64,000 nucleotides of DNA from IMG/VR virus record IMGVR_UViG_3300032219_002227, positions 109,247 through 173,246 of that record, one strand, 5' to 3'. Below the pieces are notes generated by a model. That model did no database searches. It saw only the letters and a program-made list of their open reading frames with translations, and had not been told where the DNA came from. A program made the translations under genes and the position numbers. This document shows positions 9,737-18,979 of this stretch, piece by piece (the first letter of the stretch is position 1; each line of letters starts with the position of its first letter). Origin of the DNA: a virus. Taxonomy: Duplodnaviria > Caudoviricetes.

Positions 9737-11629
9737 ATGGCAGAAAATCAACCAAATTTTGGTTTATTTGATAGGCTAAGAAGATTATTCAGTACAGACG
9801 TTATCATTAGAAATGTTGGTGGAAATCAACTTAGAACAGTTGATATCGATAAAATTCAAGCCTACGGCAACGTAAAGACCAACGCTCTTATAGATAGATT
9901 TACAAAACTTCATCGCTATGGCGCTAACATGCCATATAACCCAACGATGAACTACCAAACACTTCGTATCCAGTTATACACTGATTATGAAGCAATGGAT
10001 ACAGAATCAATCATAGCATCTACTCTTGATATTATTTCCGATGAATCTACTTTAAAGAACGAAGCTGGAGAAGTATTACAAATTAAATCTTCAGATGAAA
10101 ATGTTCAGCGTATTCTCTATAATTTATTCTATGATGTATTAAACATCGAGTTTAACTTATGGTTATGGATTCGCAATATGTGTAAATATGGTGATTTTTA
10201 CTTACATCTTGATATTGCTGATAAATTTGGAGTATATAATGTAGTACCATTATCTGTTTATGATATGGTTCGTGAAGAAGGAGTTGATCCTAAAAATCCA
10301 TCTTTAGTACGTTTTAGAATTGATCCAATGGTAATTTCAAACGGCGGGATGAATTATGCTGATTATGAAAAAGATAAAGAAGGTAAAATTACATTCGATA
10401 ACTACGAAATAGCTCACTTCAGGTTATTAACTGATGCTAACTATCTCCCATATGGTAGATCATATATTGAACCAGCACGTAAAACTTATAAACAATACGT
10501 ACTAATGAAAGACGCGATGTTGTTACATCGCATCACTCGTGCTCCAGAAAAGCGCGTATTTACTGTAAACGTAGGTAATATTCCACCAAATGAAGTTGAC
10601 GGATTCATGCAGAAAATAATGCAGAAGATGAAGAAAACTCCATATATTGATCAACAAACTGGTGAGTATAATTTGCGTTATAATATGATGAACATGATGG
10701 AGGATTATTATCTTCCAACTCGTGGCAATGATACCGCAACTAAGATTGATACAATTAAAGGTCTTGAATATAATGCAATTGAAGACGTAGCATTTTTACG
10801 TGATGAAATGTTAGCTGCGCTTAAAGTACCTAAAGCATTTTTTGGATTTGAAAAAGATTTGCAAGGTAAAGCTACATTAGCTGCTGAAGATATTCGCTTT
10901 GCTCGTACAGTAGAACGCATTCAGCGTATTGCTATTTCTGAATTATATAAAATAGCACTTGTGCATTTATATGTTCAAGGATATGATGGTGAAGCATTAG
11001 CTAATTTTGAACTTTCATTAACTACTCCATCTGTTATATACGAACAAGAGAAAGTAGCGTTATGGAAAGAAAAAATTGACTTAGCTAAATCAGTACAAGA
11101 TACTAACCTAATGCCTTCAGATTGGATTTATCATAATGTATTCCAATTTAGTGAAGACCAATATGATGAAATGCGTGACTTAGTAATTGAAGATAAAAAA
11201 CGCGTATTCCGTTTAGCTCAAATTGAAAACGAAGGTAACGACCCAGCTAAAACTGGTAGATCATTTGGTACACCACACGATTTAGCAGCATTGTATGGTA
11301 AAGGGAGAGCAGGAATGGATACAAATAGTCCTGTCCCTGCAGGATATGATGAAAAGAAACCAGGTCGTCCTAAAGAAAAAGCATCTATTATTGGAACTCA
11401 ACGCGATCCATTAGGTAAAGATAGAACAGGTAAAATAGCAAATAATACTACATCAACACCAAACGAAACTGGAGAAGGTACACCTAAAGGGGGTTCACCT
11501 CTTGCATTAACTGAGTTGAAAAAACATAAAGGACTATTTAAAGGATTTAATGTAGTTCGTAAAGAATTATCTATAGAACCTATTCAGGAATCGTCATTAT
11601 TAGACGAAAAAAATATCAAGAACATATAA
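9737..11629 (+). CDS. gp20: Portal protein (T4 gp20-like)
   Basis: RITRAPEKRVF, EDYYLP, ALKVPK, EDIRFAR motifs; directly after the terminase. Confidence 0.92.
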   Translation: MAENQPNFGLFDRLRRLFSTDVIIRNVGGNQLRTVDIDKIQAYGNVKTNALIDRFTKLHRYGANMPYNPTMNYQTLRIQLYTDYEAMDTESIIASTLDIISDESTLKNEAGEVLQIKSSDENVQRILYNLFYDVLNIEFNLWLWIRNMCKYGDFYLHLDIADKFGVYNVVPLSVYDMVREEGVDPKNPSLVRFRIDPMVISNGGMNYADYEKDKEGKITFDNYEIAHFRLLTDANYLPYGRSYIEPARKTYKQYVLMKDAMLLHRITRAPEKRVFTVNVGNIPPNEVDGFMQKIMQKMKKTPYIDQQTGEYNLRYNMMNMMEDYYLPTRGNDTATKIDTIKGLEYNAIEDVAFLRDEMLAALKVPKAFFGFEKDLQGKATLAAEDIRFARTVERIQRIAISELYKIALVHLYVQGYDGEALANFELSLTTPSVIYEQEKVALWKEKIDLAKSVQDTNLMPSDWIYHNVFQFSEDQYDEMRDLVIEDKKRVFRLAQIENEGNDPAKTGRSFGTPHDLAALYGKGRAGMDTNSPVPAGYDEKKPGRPKEKASIIGTQRDPLGKDRTGKIANNTTSTPNETGEGTPKGGSPLALTELKKHKGLFKGFNVVRKELSIEPIQESSLLDEKNIKNI

Positions 11630-11665
11630 TAAATACATATTTATAGTTAGTGTACACTATTTCAT

Positions 11666-12520
11666 ATGAAAATCAAACACAGTAAGTTTAAAAATACAGG
11701 TATCTTATTTGAGCTATTGGTTCGCCAAATTGCTTCTGATACTGTATCTAATAAAGATTCTGCTGCTATTGGATTAGTTAAAAAATATTTTGGCAAATCC
11801 GAGTTAGCTAAAGAATATAAATTATACCAAACATTAGTATCTCCTAAATCATTAAGTGAAGCTAAAGCTGAATCGTTTATTAATGTAACGCTTGAAGCTT
11901 CTTTACGTTTAAATAAAACAGCTTTACGTAAAGAAAAATACAACTTAATTAAGGAAATACGTGAGCATTATAATATTGAAGACTTCTTCAAAGCCAAAAT
12001 CAATAACTATTCACAGCATGCTGCTGTATATAATTTAATTGAAGCTCATAATTCACTCGAATTCATAGCACCTCAGCAAATTATTGAAAATAAGATTACA
12101 TTATTAGAGCATATTACACGTAAAGAAGTTGATAAGGAAGGTGTTAAGGATCGCGTAATGGAAGAATATCTTAAAATGGATAAAGGCTCTCGCATATTAG
12201 CTTATCGTGTTTTATTAGAAAAGTTTAACAACAAGTACTCTACTTTATCTGATCGCCAAAAATTAATATTAAAAGAATTTATTAATAATATCACTAATAC
12301 AACTAAATTACGTGAATTTGTTAATACTAATTTTAAAACTATTACTGAAGAAATTACCCAGTTAATCCCTTCAGTAGCTGACAAGACTACTCAGATTAAA
12401 TTAGCTGAAGTAACTAATTTACTTCAACCATTAGATAAAAATCAAACTGTAAAAGATGAAAATATTATTTCATTATTGCAGTATTATCAATTGATTGAAG
12501 AATTAAAAGCAGTTAAATAA
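11666..12520 (+). CDS. Hypothetical head-module protein
   Basis: Long helical ORF between portal and protease, preceded by the late box. Confidence 0.6.
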   Translation: MKIKHSKFKNTGILFELLVRQIASDTVSNKDSAAIGLVKKYFGKSELAKEYKLYQTLVSPKSLSEAKAESFINVTLEASLRLNKTALRKEKYNLIKEIREHYNIEDFFKAKINNYSQHAAVYNLIEAHNSLEFIAPQQIIENKITLLEHITRKEVDKEGVKDRVMEEYLKMDKGSRILAYRVLLEKFNNKYSTLSDRQKLILKEFINNITNTTKLREFVNTNFKTITEEITQLIPSVADKTTQIKLAEVTNLLQPLDKNQTVKDENIISLLQYYQLIEELKAVK

Positions 12521-13029
12521 TGGATATTAAAGAATATATCAAACAGCTTGTTCGTGAATTGCTAGACGAAGAAACTACATCTGGCGATGCTGGTCCTTAT
12601 TCTACTCCATTAGCCTTTGCTAAAAAAGGACAAGGTCCAAATGCAGCAACTAAACAAGCACAAAGATCAGGTTGGAAGTTAGCTAAAAAACCAACTACAT
12701 CTGATATAGTTGATTATAAAAAAATATTTCAAGAAGTGAAACTAAATACATTAATTAAGCAAGAATTACTTAACGAAGTAACTTATTCTAAGTTTAAGAA
12801 CGACGTAAAACATAGAACTAAATCTGAACAATTACATAAAGCTATTCGTGAAGTAAAACGTAAGCTTCAAGAAATTGATCGTATCGTAGAATATACTTCT
12901 CGTATGAAACAGGAATTAAGTTTAGATGAAGGTGGTGTTTCTTATTGGAAAACTACTGAATCTAATATTGGAAAAATTTCTGAAATGATGAATCATTTAA
13001 ATAACAAAATTAAAAACTTGCATCAATAA
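12520..13029 (+). CDS. Hypothetical protein, putative prohead core/internal protein
   Basis: IKQLVRELLDEE and IKQELLNE L-x-E motifs; coupled to the upstream gene. Confidence 0.55.
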   Translation: MDIKEYIKQLVRELLDEETTSGDAGPYSTPLAFAKKGQGPNAATKQAQRSGWKLAKKPTTSDIVDYKKIFQEVKLNTLIKQELLNEVTYSKFKNDVKHRTKSEQLHKAIREVKRKLQEIDRIVEYTSRMKQELSLDEGGVSYWKTTESNIGKISEMMNHLNNKIKNLHQ

Positions 13030-13157
13030 TGGCTAAGGGATCTAAAGGCGGAGATGCTCGCAAAGTTACTTTTGGTAAAAGAAAAAAAAGTAAAGCACAA
13101 AAATCATTTAACAAACATGATCGTTCAGAAAAGAACTATCGTGGACAAGGAAGATAA
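13029..13157 (+). CDS. Small basic 42 aa protein ending YRGQGR (absent from the ORF track)
   Basis: MAKGSKGGDARKVTFGKRKKSKAQKSFNKHDRSEKNYRGQGR. The ATG overlaps the upstream TAA and the ORF fills the gap exactly. Confidence 0.8.
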   Translation: MAKGSKGGDARKVTFGKRKKSKAQKSFNKHDRSEKNYRGQGR

Positions 13158-13159
13158 CT

Positions 13160-14692
13160 ATGAAAAGTATAGCAAACCAATATCGTGATTTGAAAGAAGG
13201 CAAAATGTCACAATTTAATTTTATGCGTAATTTACGTATGACTATGCCTCAATATATTACTAATGTAACTTCATTTAAAGATGCTGTTAAAATTCTTAAA
13301 AATAAGTCTATTTTAAATGAAGCTGACGTTGCAGAAATGCGTTATCAATCCTCAGGCGGAGTAGATAATCCAGGAAGAGAAGATCAATCTAATTATGACA
13401 TGGATAGTTTTATTAGAGAGCTGGATAGAGAACTAGAATACTATGAAAGAGAATATCCGGGTCTTGTAGCTTTTGTTGATAAATTAGGTAATAATGATGA
13501 AACAAATCCTAAATATCTCGATATTACAGATAGATACTTTGACGACCCAGCAGGCGCTGCTGCTGAATTTATTACCTTATTTAATAAACAAAACATTAAT
13601 GAATTAGGCCCTGACGCAGAGAGAATGGCTGGTAACCCTGAAGAAGAGGCAGAATATAGAGCAACTGCTATTAGAAAAAAAAGTAATGATGATGAAGATG
13701 ATGAATTAGATGCTATTATTAAACAAATGGAAGATGAATTAGATAGTCCTGACAAATATAAAAATCAAGACTCTGAAGATGCATTAGGTGAGGATTTAAA
13801 AACTGTTAAAGAACCAAATCCAAATGCTGGTAAATGGAGATTGATGAGTATTGATGGAAAAAGGGCATTAGCTAATAATTTTTTTGATTCTGAAAAAGAT
13901 GCAAAAGAATACGCTAGAAAAAATATAAGAACAGATTATAAAACCGTAAAATTAAAGGATGAAAGATCTGTATACAGAAATATAGATGAAAGTAGAAAGA
14001 AAAAAGAACCAAAAAAAGAATTACATCCAAATCAAATTCATCCACAAGAATTAAGGATGGGTATTAAGGTTGAATTAGAACATACCGCTGATTTAGATAA
14101 AGCAAGAAAAATTGCTTTAGATCATTTAGCTGAAAATCCATTCTACTATACAGCTTTAAAATTAGCAGGTATTGAATCACCCTCAGCTCCTAAAGTTAAA
14201 GCACCTGTAGAGAAAAAGGCTAAAAAGAAAAAAGAAACAGCTGAATTAGTCGATAAGGATAACCAAATGCAGAAGGTAAAAATGCCTAAAATTGTTAAAG
14301 AAGTTAGGTATAATACTTTAAAAGAACCAAGTCCTTTTATGAAAGAAGTTGAAGACTTTATTGATAATACTCTTGGTTTAAATGTTATGTCTAAAAAACT
14401 AGAATTACAAGATACTCAAGATCCAAATAGAGTACTTTTAAGATATCAATACTGGGAAAAACTTCCTAAAGAAGCTCTTGATATTTTTAAAAACTCAGAT
14501 AAGTTTAAAGTTGAAGAAGATATAGATGTAGAAGAAGAAAAAGCAGATTCATATCTTTACTTTATAGAACCTAAATCTTCTTTATCTGAAAATCATTCTC
14601 GTCTTATGGCTAAATTAGAAGCATTAGTACGTGAAGCTATTAATGAATATTATGATGGGCGTGATAATTTAGATGCCGAAAACGAATACTAA
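13160..14692 (+). CDS. Mosaic charged protein with DUF5661-like domain, putative internal head protein
   Basis: GIKVELEHT..ARKIALDHLAENPFYYTAL; many L/I-x-E motifs. Confidence 0.6.
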   Translation: MKSIANQYRDLKEGKMSQFNFMRNLRMTMPQYITNVTSFKDAVKILKNKSILNEADVAEMRYQSSGGVDNPGREDQSNYDMDSFIRELDRELEYYEREYPGLVAFVDKLGNNDETNPKYLDITDRYFDDPAGAAAEFITLFNKQNINELGPDAERMAGNPEEEAEYRATAIRKKSNDDEDDELDAIIKQMEDELDSPDKYKNQDSEDALGEDLKTVKEPNPNAGKWRLMSIDGKRALANNFFDSEKDAKEYARKNIRTDYKTVKLKDERSVYRNIDESRKKKEPKKELHPNQIHPQELRMGIKVELEHTADLDKARKIALDHLAENPFYYTALKLAGIESPSAPKVKAPVEKKAKKKKETAELVDKDNQMQKVKMPKIVKEVRYNTLKEPSPFMKEVEDFIDNTLGLNVMSKKLELQDTQDPNRVLLRYQYWEKLPKEALDIFKNSDKFKVEEDIDVEEEKADSYLYFIEPKSSLSENHSRLMAKLEALVREAINEYYDGRDNLDAENEY

Positions 14693-14693
14693 T

Positions 14694-15302
14694 ATGAAAT
14701 TATTACTGATTGACCATACCCCATTTCAGCAAGCAAACCTTACCTTATTAGAAGGTAAAGGTAATAAAGATGGTTTAGTTACTCTTGTAGGTAAACTGCA
14801 AGCAGCTAACCAAGAAAATGGTAATAATCGTAAATATCCTTATAAAACTCTTAAGCGTGAAGTAGATAAATATATAGATGGTCCTATCAAAACACGTACT
14901 GCTTTAGGAGAATTAGATCATCCTGAAGCATCTGTTGTAAATTTAGCAAATACTTCTCACATTGTTACTAGTGTTTGGTGGGATGGAAATAATGTTATGG
15001 GTAAAATTCAATTATTACCTACACCTGCTGGCAACATTGCTAAAGCATTAGTAATGGCTGGTATTCCACTTGGAATATCTTCACGCGGTATGGGTAGTGT
15101 TAAACAAATTGGAGAGGCAGTTGAAGTACAAGAAGATTTTGAATTATTATGTTGGGATCTAGTATCGGTACCATCAACACCAATGGCATACATGCAATTA
15201 GCTGAATCAAAGAAATTTAGACCCACAAAAGATTATAGTAAAGTAAATAGTTTAGTAACTGAAATTATTTGTAACCAAACAGGAGTTTGTCCTATTTGTT
15301 AA
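14694..15302 (+). CDS. gp21: Prohead core protease (T4 gp21-like)
   Basis: N.NNRKYP, GELDHP, GISSRGMGS, WDLVSVPST; ATG 14694 preferred over 14673. Confidence 0.92.
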   Translation: MKLLLIDHTPFQQANLTLLEGKGNKDGLVTLVGKLQAANQENGNNRKYPYKTLKREVDKYIDGPIKTRTALGELDHPEASVVNLANTSHIVTSVWWDGNNVMGKIQLLPTPAGNIAKALVMAGIPLGISSRGMGSVKQIGEAVEVQEDFELLCWDLVSVPSTPMAYMQLAESKKFRPTKDYSKVNSLVTEIICNQTGVCPIC

Positions 15303-15330
15303 AATAATTCACGTCTTTACATATCTACAT

Positions 15331-15338
15331 ATATTTAT
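15331..15338 (+). promoter_or_regulatory. Late promoter box ATATTTAT (scaffold-capsid)
   Basis: Recurrent intergenic octamer. Confidence 0.7.
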
Positions 15339-15449
15339 AAGCATCCTAAATAGGTTGCTAATTCTTATGCAACCTGGGTATATTACAAACCCCCTATTAA
15401 GATTGTCTAATAATCTTATTTCCTCAATTAAATTTAAGGAGAACAATTT

Positions 15450-16547
15450 ATGTCAAACAAAGACTTATTCAAAGAGGCTATCGCCGACGCTAAAGCTGTC
15501 CGCGAAGCTGCGTTAGCAAACGCAAAAGCTGCTCTTGAAGAAGCTTTAGCTCCAGCAATTCAAAATATGATTTCTAGTAAATTACAAGAAATTGATGAAG
15601 ATTTGGATGAAGTTGAAGATCTTGAAGAAGTAGATTTTATCTCAGCTAATGACAAAAGGAATGATTCTGATTTTATCAGAAAAAGAGCTATTGATGCAAG
15701 CCAAATGTCAGAAGGCGAAGAAGACCTAGAAGAAGATTTCGATTTATCTGAAATTTTAGCTGAATTAAGTGAAGAAAATGAACTTGAAGAAGCTAAAGAT
15801 AAGGATGAAAAGAAAGAAAATCTCTACGAAGATGAAGATGAAGAATCTGAATTAGAAACTGTAGGTGATTTAACCGTTGATGAATTTAAAGATGAAATCA
15901 GAGACATGATCAAAGATATTATCTCATCAGAAATGGGTGGTGGCGAAATGGCTGCTGCTGATGATGTAGTAGATGATGCTGAAGAAATGGCTGTTGATTT
16001 TAGCGATGAAACCGGCGGTGATGACTTACGTCAAGACACAGATGATGCTATAGCAAATGCTGAAGAAGATGACGAAGAAATCAACTTAGAAGAATTACTA
16101 GCTGAACTTGATTCTTTAGACGAAGCTAATGATACTGATGAAGTATATGAAGCTAAGAAAAAGAAAAAAACACCACAAGGCGAAGATAAAGAAGAAGAGA
16201 TAAAAGAAGCTCTTAACACTATCAATACCCTTCGCACTGAACTTAACGAAGTAAACTTGCTTAATGCTAAGTTACTTTATGTTAACAAAATTTTCAAGTC
16301 TAAGAACTTGAATGAATCACAAAAACTCAAAGTAATTGCTCAATTCGACAAAGCAACTACTGCGAAAGAAGCTAAAGTTATTTATGAATCTATGAGTAGT
16401 GCTATTGCAAAATCTGCTAAAAGCACAATCAAAGAATCATTAGGATTTGCTTCAAAAGCTGCTGGTATGGCTCCACAAAAACCAATTGTAGAAGTAAATG
16501 ATACAGTTGCTAGATGGAAAATGTTAGCAGGTATTACTAAATTTTAA
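15450..16547 (+). CDS. Prohead scaffolding protein (gp22-like)
   Basis: Highly acidic coiled-coil protein between protease and major capsid. Confidence 0.8.
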   Translation: MSNKDLFKEAIADAKAVREAALANAKAALEEALAPAIQNMISSKLQEIDEDLDEVEDLEEVDFISANDKRNDSDFIRKRAIDASQMSEGEEDLEEDFDLSEILAELSEENELEEAKDKDEKKENLYEDEDEESELETVGDLTVDEFKDEIRDMIKDIISSEMGGGEMAAADDVVDDAEEMAVDFSDETGGDDLRQDTDDAIANAEEDDEEINLEELLAELDSLDEANDTDEVYEAKKKKKTPQGEDKEEEIKEALNTINTLRTELNEVNLLNAKLLYVNKIFKSKNLNESQKLKVIAQFDKATTAKEAKVIYESMSSAIAKSAKSTIKESLGFASKAAGMAPQKPIVEVNDTVARWKMLAGITKF

Positions 16548-16578
16548 TTAACAAAACCCTCAATTTAAATCGTTTAAA

Positions 16579-18183
16579 ATGAACGTACAACAACTCCTCG
16601 AATCATCTAACCAATATAAAGTGGTGATGGATGACGCTAAAAAGTTGTCAAACAAGTGGGCTAAATCTGGCCTTTTAGAAGGTATTAGATCTACTAATGA
16701 CAAAAATACAATGGCTATTTTGCTTGAAAACCAAGCTAAGCAATTAGTAACCGAAGCTAACGTAACTGGCGGTACTAATAGTATGAATGGTGCTGGATAC
16801 AATGCTGAGAACTGGGCTGGCGTAGCTTTGCCTTTAGTTCGCCGCGTATTTGGTGAAATCGCAGCTAAAGAATTCGTTAGTGTACAACCAATGAACTTAC
16901 CTTCTGGTCTTGTATTCTATCTTGATTTCAAGTATGCTAATAACATCAGACCTTTCCGTTCTGGTGATTCACTTTACAGTGCTAATAACAGCACTAACGT
17001 AACTGATTTTGCTAACACCGCTTCTCTTTATGGTGCTGGTCGCTTCGGTTACTCTATCAATCAGTATACAGCTTCTGTTACTAATGCTTCTACAGGATCT
17101 GCTCAATGGTCTGATTTTAATCTTGATTCTAACTACTCTGCTTCTGCAGCTTCTAGTCAGTACAAGAAAATTTCTGTTCCATTACCTTCTAACTACGACG
17201 TAAACGCGGTTCGTGGATTTGTAATTGTTTCTGGTACAATTGCTGCTACTGATGTATTGCAAGCTTTCACTACTGTAACTAACAACACTGCTTCTTTCAT
17301 TGTTACTGGTTCTTTAGTAGCTAGAGACATGTCTCCCGCCGCTGCTACTGTAACATTGTTCTACGATATCCAGAACACTCCTGAAAGTCGTGGTGATTTC
17401 GAAGATGGTAAAGCTAAAACAAATGCTCCTACCACTATCGATATTCCTTCTATTGACGTTCAGTTAAAATCTGAAGCTATCGTTGCTAAAACTCGTAAGT
17501 TGAAAGCACAATGGACTCCAGAATTCGCTCAAGATTTGAATGCTTATCATTCAATCGACGCTGAAGCTGAATTAACTGGTATCCTTTCTCAATATATCTC
17601 TATGGAAATCGATCTCGAACTCCTTGATATGTTAATCCAAAACGCTTATACTGTTGATTATTGGACTGCTGTTAATAACAAGTCTATCACTTCTGCAGGT
17701 GTAACTTCTGATTTGGGTTACTACAACACTCAAGGTGGTTGGTTCCAAACTTTAGGTACTAAGTTACAGAAAGTTTCCAATATTATCCATCAGTTAACTT
17801 TACGTGGTGGCGCTAACTTCCTCGTAGTTTCTCCAACCGTAGCAACTGTATTAGAATCAATTCCAGGCTTTGCTACTGATGGTGATGGTGAGAAAATGGA
17901 ATTCAACTTCGGTATCCAAAAGATTGGTCAGTTGAATAGCCGTTACAAAGTATACAAGAACCCATACATGACTGAGAACGTAATTCTTATGGGTTACAAA
18001 GGTGCTCAGTTTCTTGAGTGTGGTGCTGTATTTGCTCCATATGTTCCATTGATCATGACTCCACTTCTTTACGATCCTAATACCTTCACACCAAGAAAAG
18101 GTTTGATGACTAGGTACGCTAAGAAGATGATCCGTCCTGACTATTATGGTAAAGTATATGTTGCTGGTTTAAATACTCTTTAA
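16579..18183 (+). CDS. gp23: Major capsid protein (T4 gp23-like)
   Basis: LLENQ, VQPMNLPSGLVF, AKTRKLKAQWTPEFAQDL, FAPYVPL, TRYA motifs. Confidence 0.97.
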   Translation: MNVQQLLESSNQYKVVMDDAKKLSNKWAKSGLLEGIRSTNDKNTMAILLENQAKQLVTEANVTGGTNSMNGAGYNAENWAGVALPLVRRVFGEIAAKEFVSVQPMNLPSGLVFYLDFKYANNIRPFRSGDSLYSANNSTNVTDFANTASLYGAGRFGYSINQYTASVTNASTGSAQWSDFNLDSNYSASAASSQYKKISVPLPSNYDVNAVRGFVIVSGTIAATDVLQAFTTVTNNTASFIVTGSLVARDMSPAAATVTLFYDIQNTPESRGDFEDGKAKTNAPTTIDIPSIDVQLKSEAIVAKTRKLKAQWTPEFAQDLNAYHSIDAEAELTGILSQYISMEIDLELLDMLIQNAYTVDYWTAVNNKSITSAGVTSDLGYYNTQGGWFQTLGTKLQKVSNIIHQLTLRGGANFLVVSPTVATVLESIPGFATDGDGEKMEFNFGIQKIGQLNSRYKVYKNPYMTENVILMGYKGAQFLECGAVFAPYVPLIMTPLLYDPNTFTPRKGLMTRYAKKMIRPDYYGKVYVAGLNTL

Positions 18184-18196
18184 TCCGATCCATATA

Positions 18197-18249
18197 ATTT
18201 AACCCCGTAAGGTTAAATAGGCCCGAGCGTAAACTCGGGCTTTTTTTTT
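18197..18249 (+). terminator. Tandem hairpin plus rho-independent terminator after the capsid gene
   Basis: ATTTAACC-ccgtaa-GGTTAAAT, then GCCCGAG-cgtaaa-CTCGGGC followed by T9. Confidence 0.9.
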
Positions 18250-18277
18250 ATATTTATATATAACCAAACAATTGTTC

Positions 18278-18946
18278 ATGAAGGAACCTAATCGTGAAAG
18301 AAAAAACGACATTAAAATTATCAATGCCGTTCAGTTAAATGAAGAGCAAAAGGAAGCAAAACGATTAATAGTAGAAAACCAAATTGTTATAGTAACAGGT
18401 AGAGCAGGATCAGGTAAATCATTAGTATGTGCTCAAGCCGCCTTAGATTTCCTTAAGAAAAAACAAATTAGCTGTATTTACAATACAAGAGCAGCCATTG
18501 AAGTAGGTAAAAGCCTAGGTTATTTACCAGGAGCATTAAGTGAAAAGTTTGATCCCTATATGGAAGCACTTGTTGAAAATCTTAATAAATGTTGTTCAAA
18601 TAAAAACGAAGTACCTAACCTTATAGCTGAAGAAAAAGTAAAAGCATTACCTGTTCAGTTTATTCGTGGTAAAACAATTGACGATATTTTAATTGTAGAA
18701 GAAGCACAAAACCTAACTAAAGGTGAAATGCTAGCTATATTAACTCGCTTAGGTAAAACAGGTAAAATTGTCATTAATGGTGATAACGAACAAACTGATA
18801 TCAAAACGTCAACGGGTGAAATAAACGGTTTAAGTTATGTTATCGAATTATCTAAAAAAATCGAAGAAATTAAGTGGATTAAATTGAAAGAGAACCACCG
18901 TTCCGACCTAGTAGGTAAAATACTCGAATACGAATACGGGAAGTAG
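18278..18946 (+). CDS. phoH: PhoH-like ATPase
   Basis: GRAGSGKS, LGYLPG, FIRGKT, EEAQN, LTRLG, GDNEQTD, HRS motifs. Confidence 0.93.
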   Translation: MKEPNRERKNDIKIINAVQLNEEQKEAKRLIVENQIVIVTGRAGSGKSLVCAQAALDFLKKKQISCIYNTRAAIEVGKSLGYLPGALSEKFDPYMEALVENLNKCCSNKNEVPNLIAEEKVKALPVQFIRGKTIDDILIVEEAQNLTKGEMLAILTRLGKTGKIVINGDNEQTDIKTSTGEINGLSYVIELSKKIEEIKWIKLKENHRSDLVGKILEYEYGK

Positions 18947-18979
18947 TTATATTTATATGTGTTAAATACTACTTAAATA

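Noticed and set aside
8125-18183. Introns, inteins or homing endonucleases in terminase, portal or capsid genes
   Set aside because: The ORFs are continuous and of ordinary length, with no intein termini or HNH/GIY-YIG/LAGLIDADG ORFs recognised.
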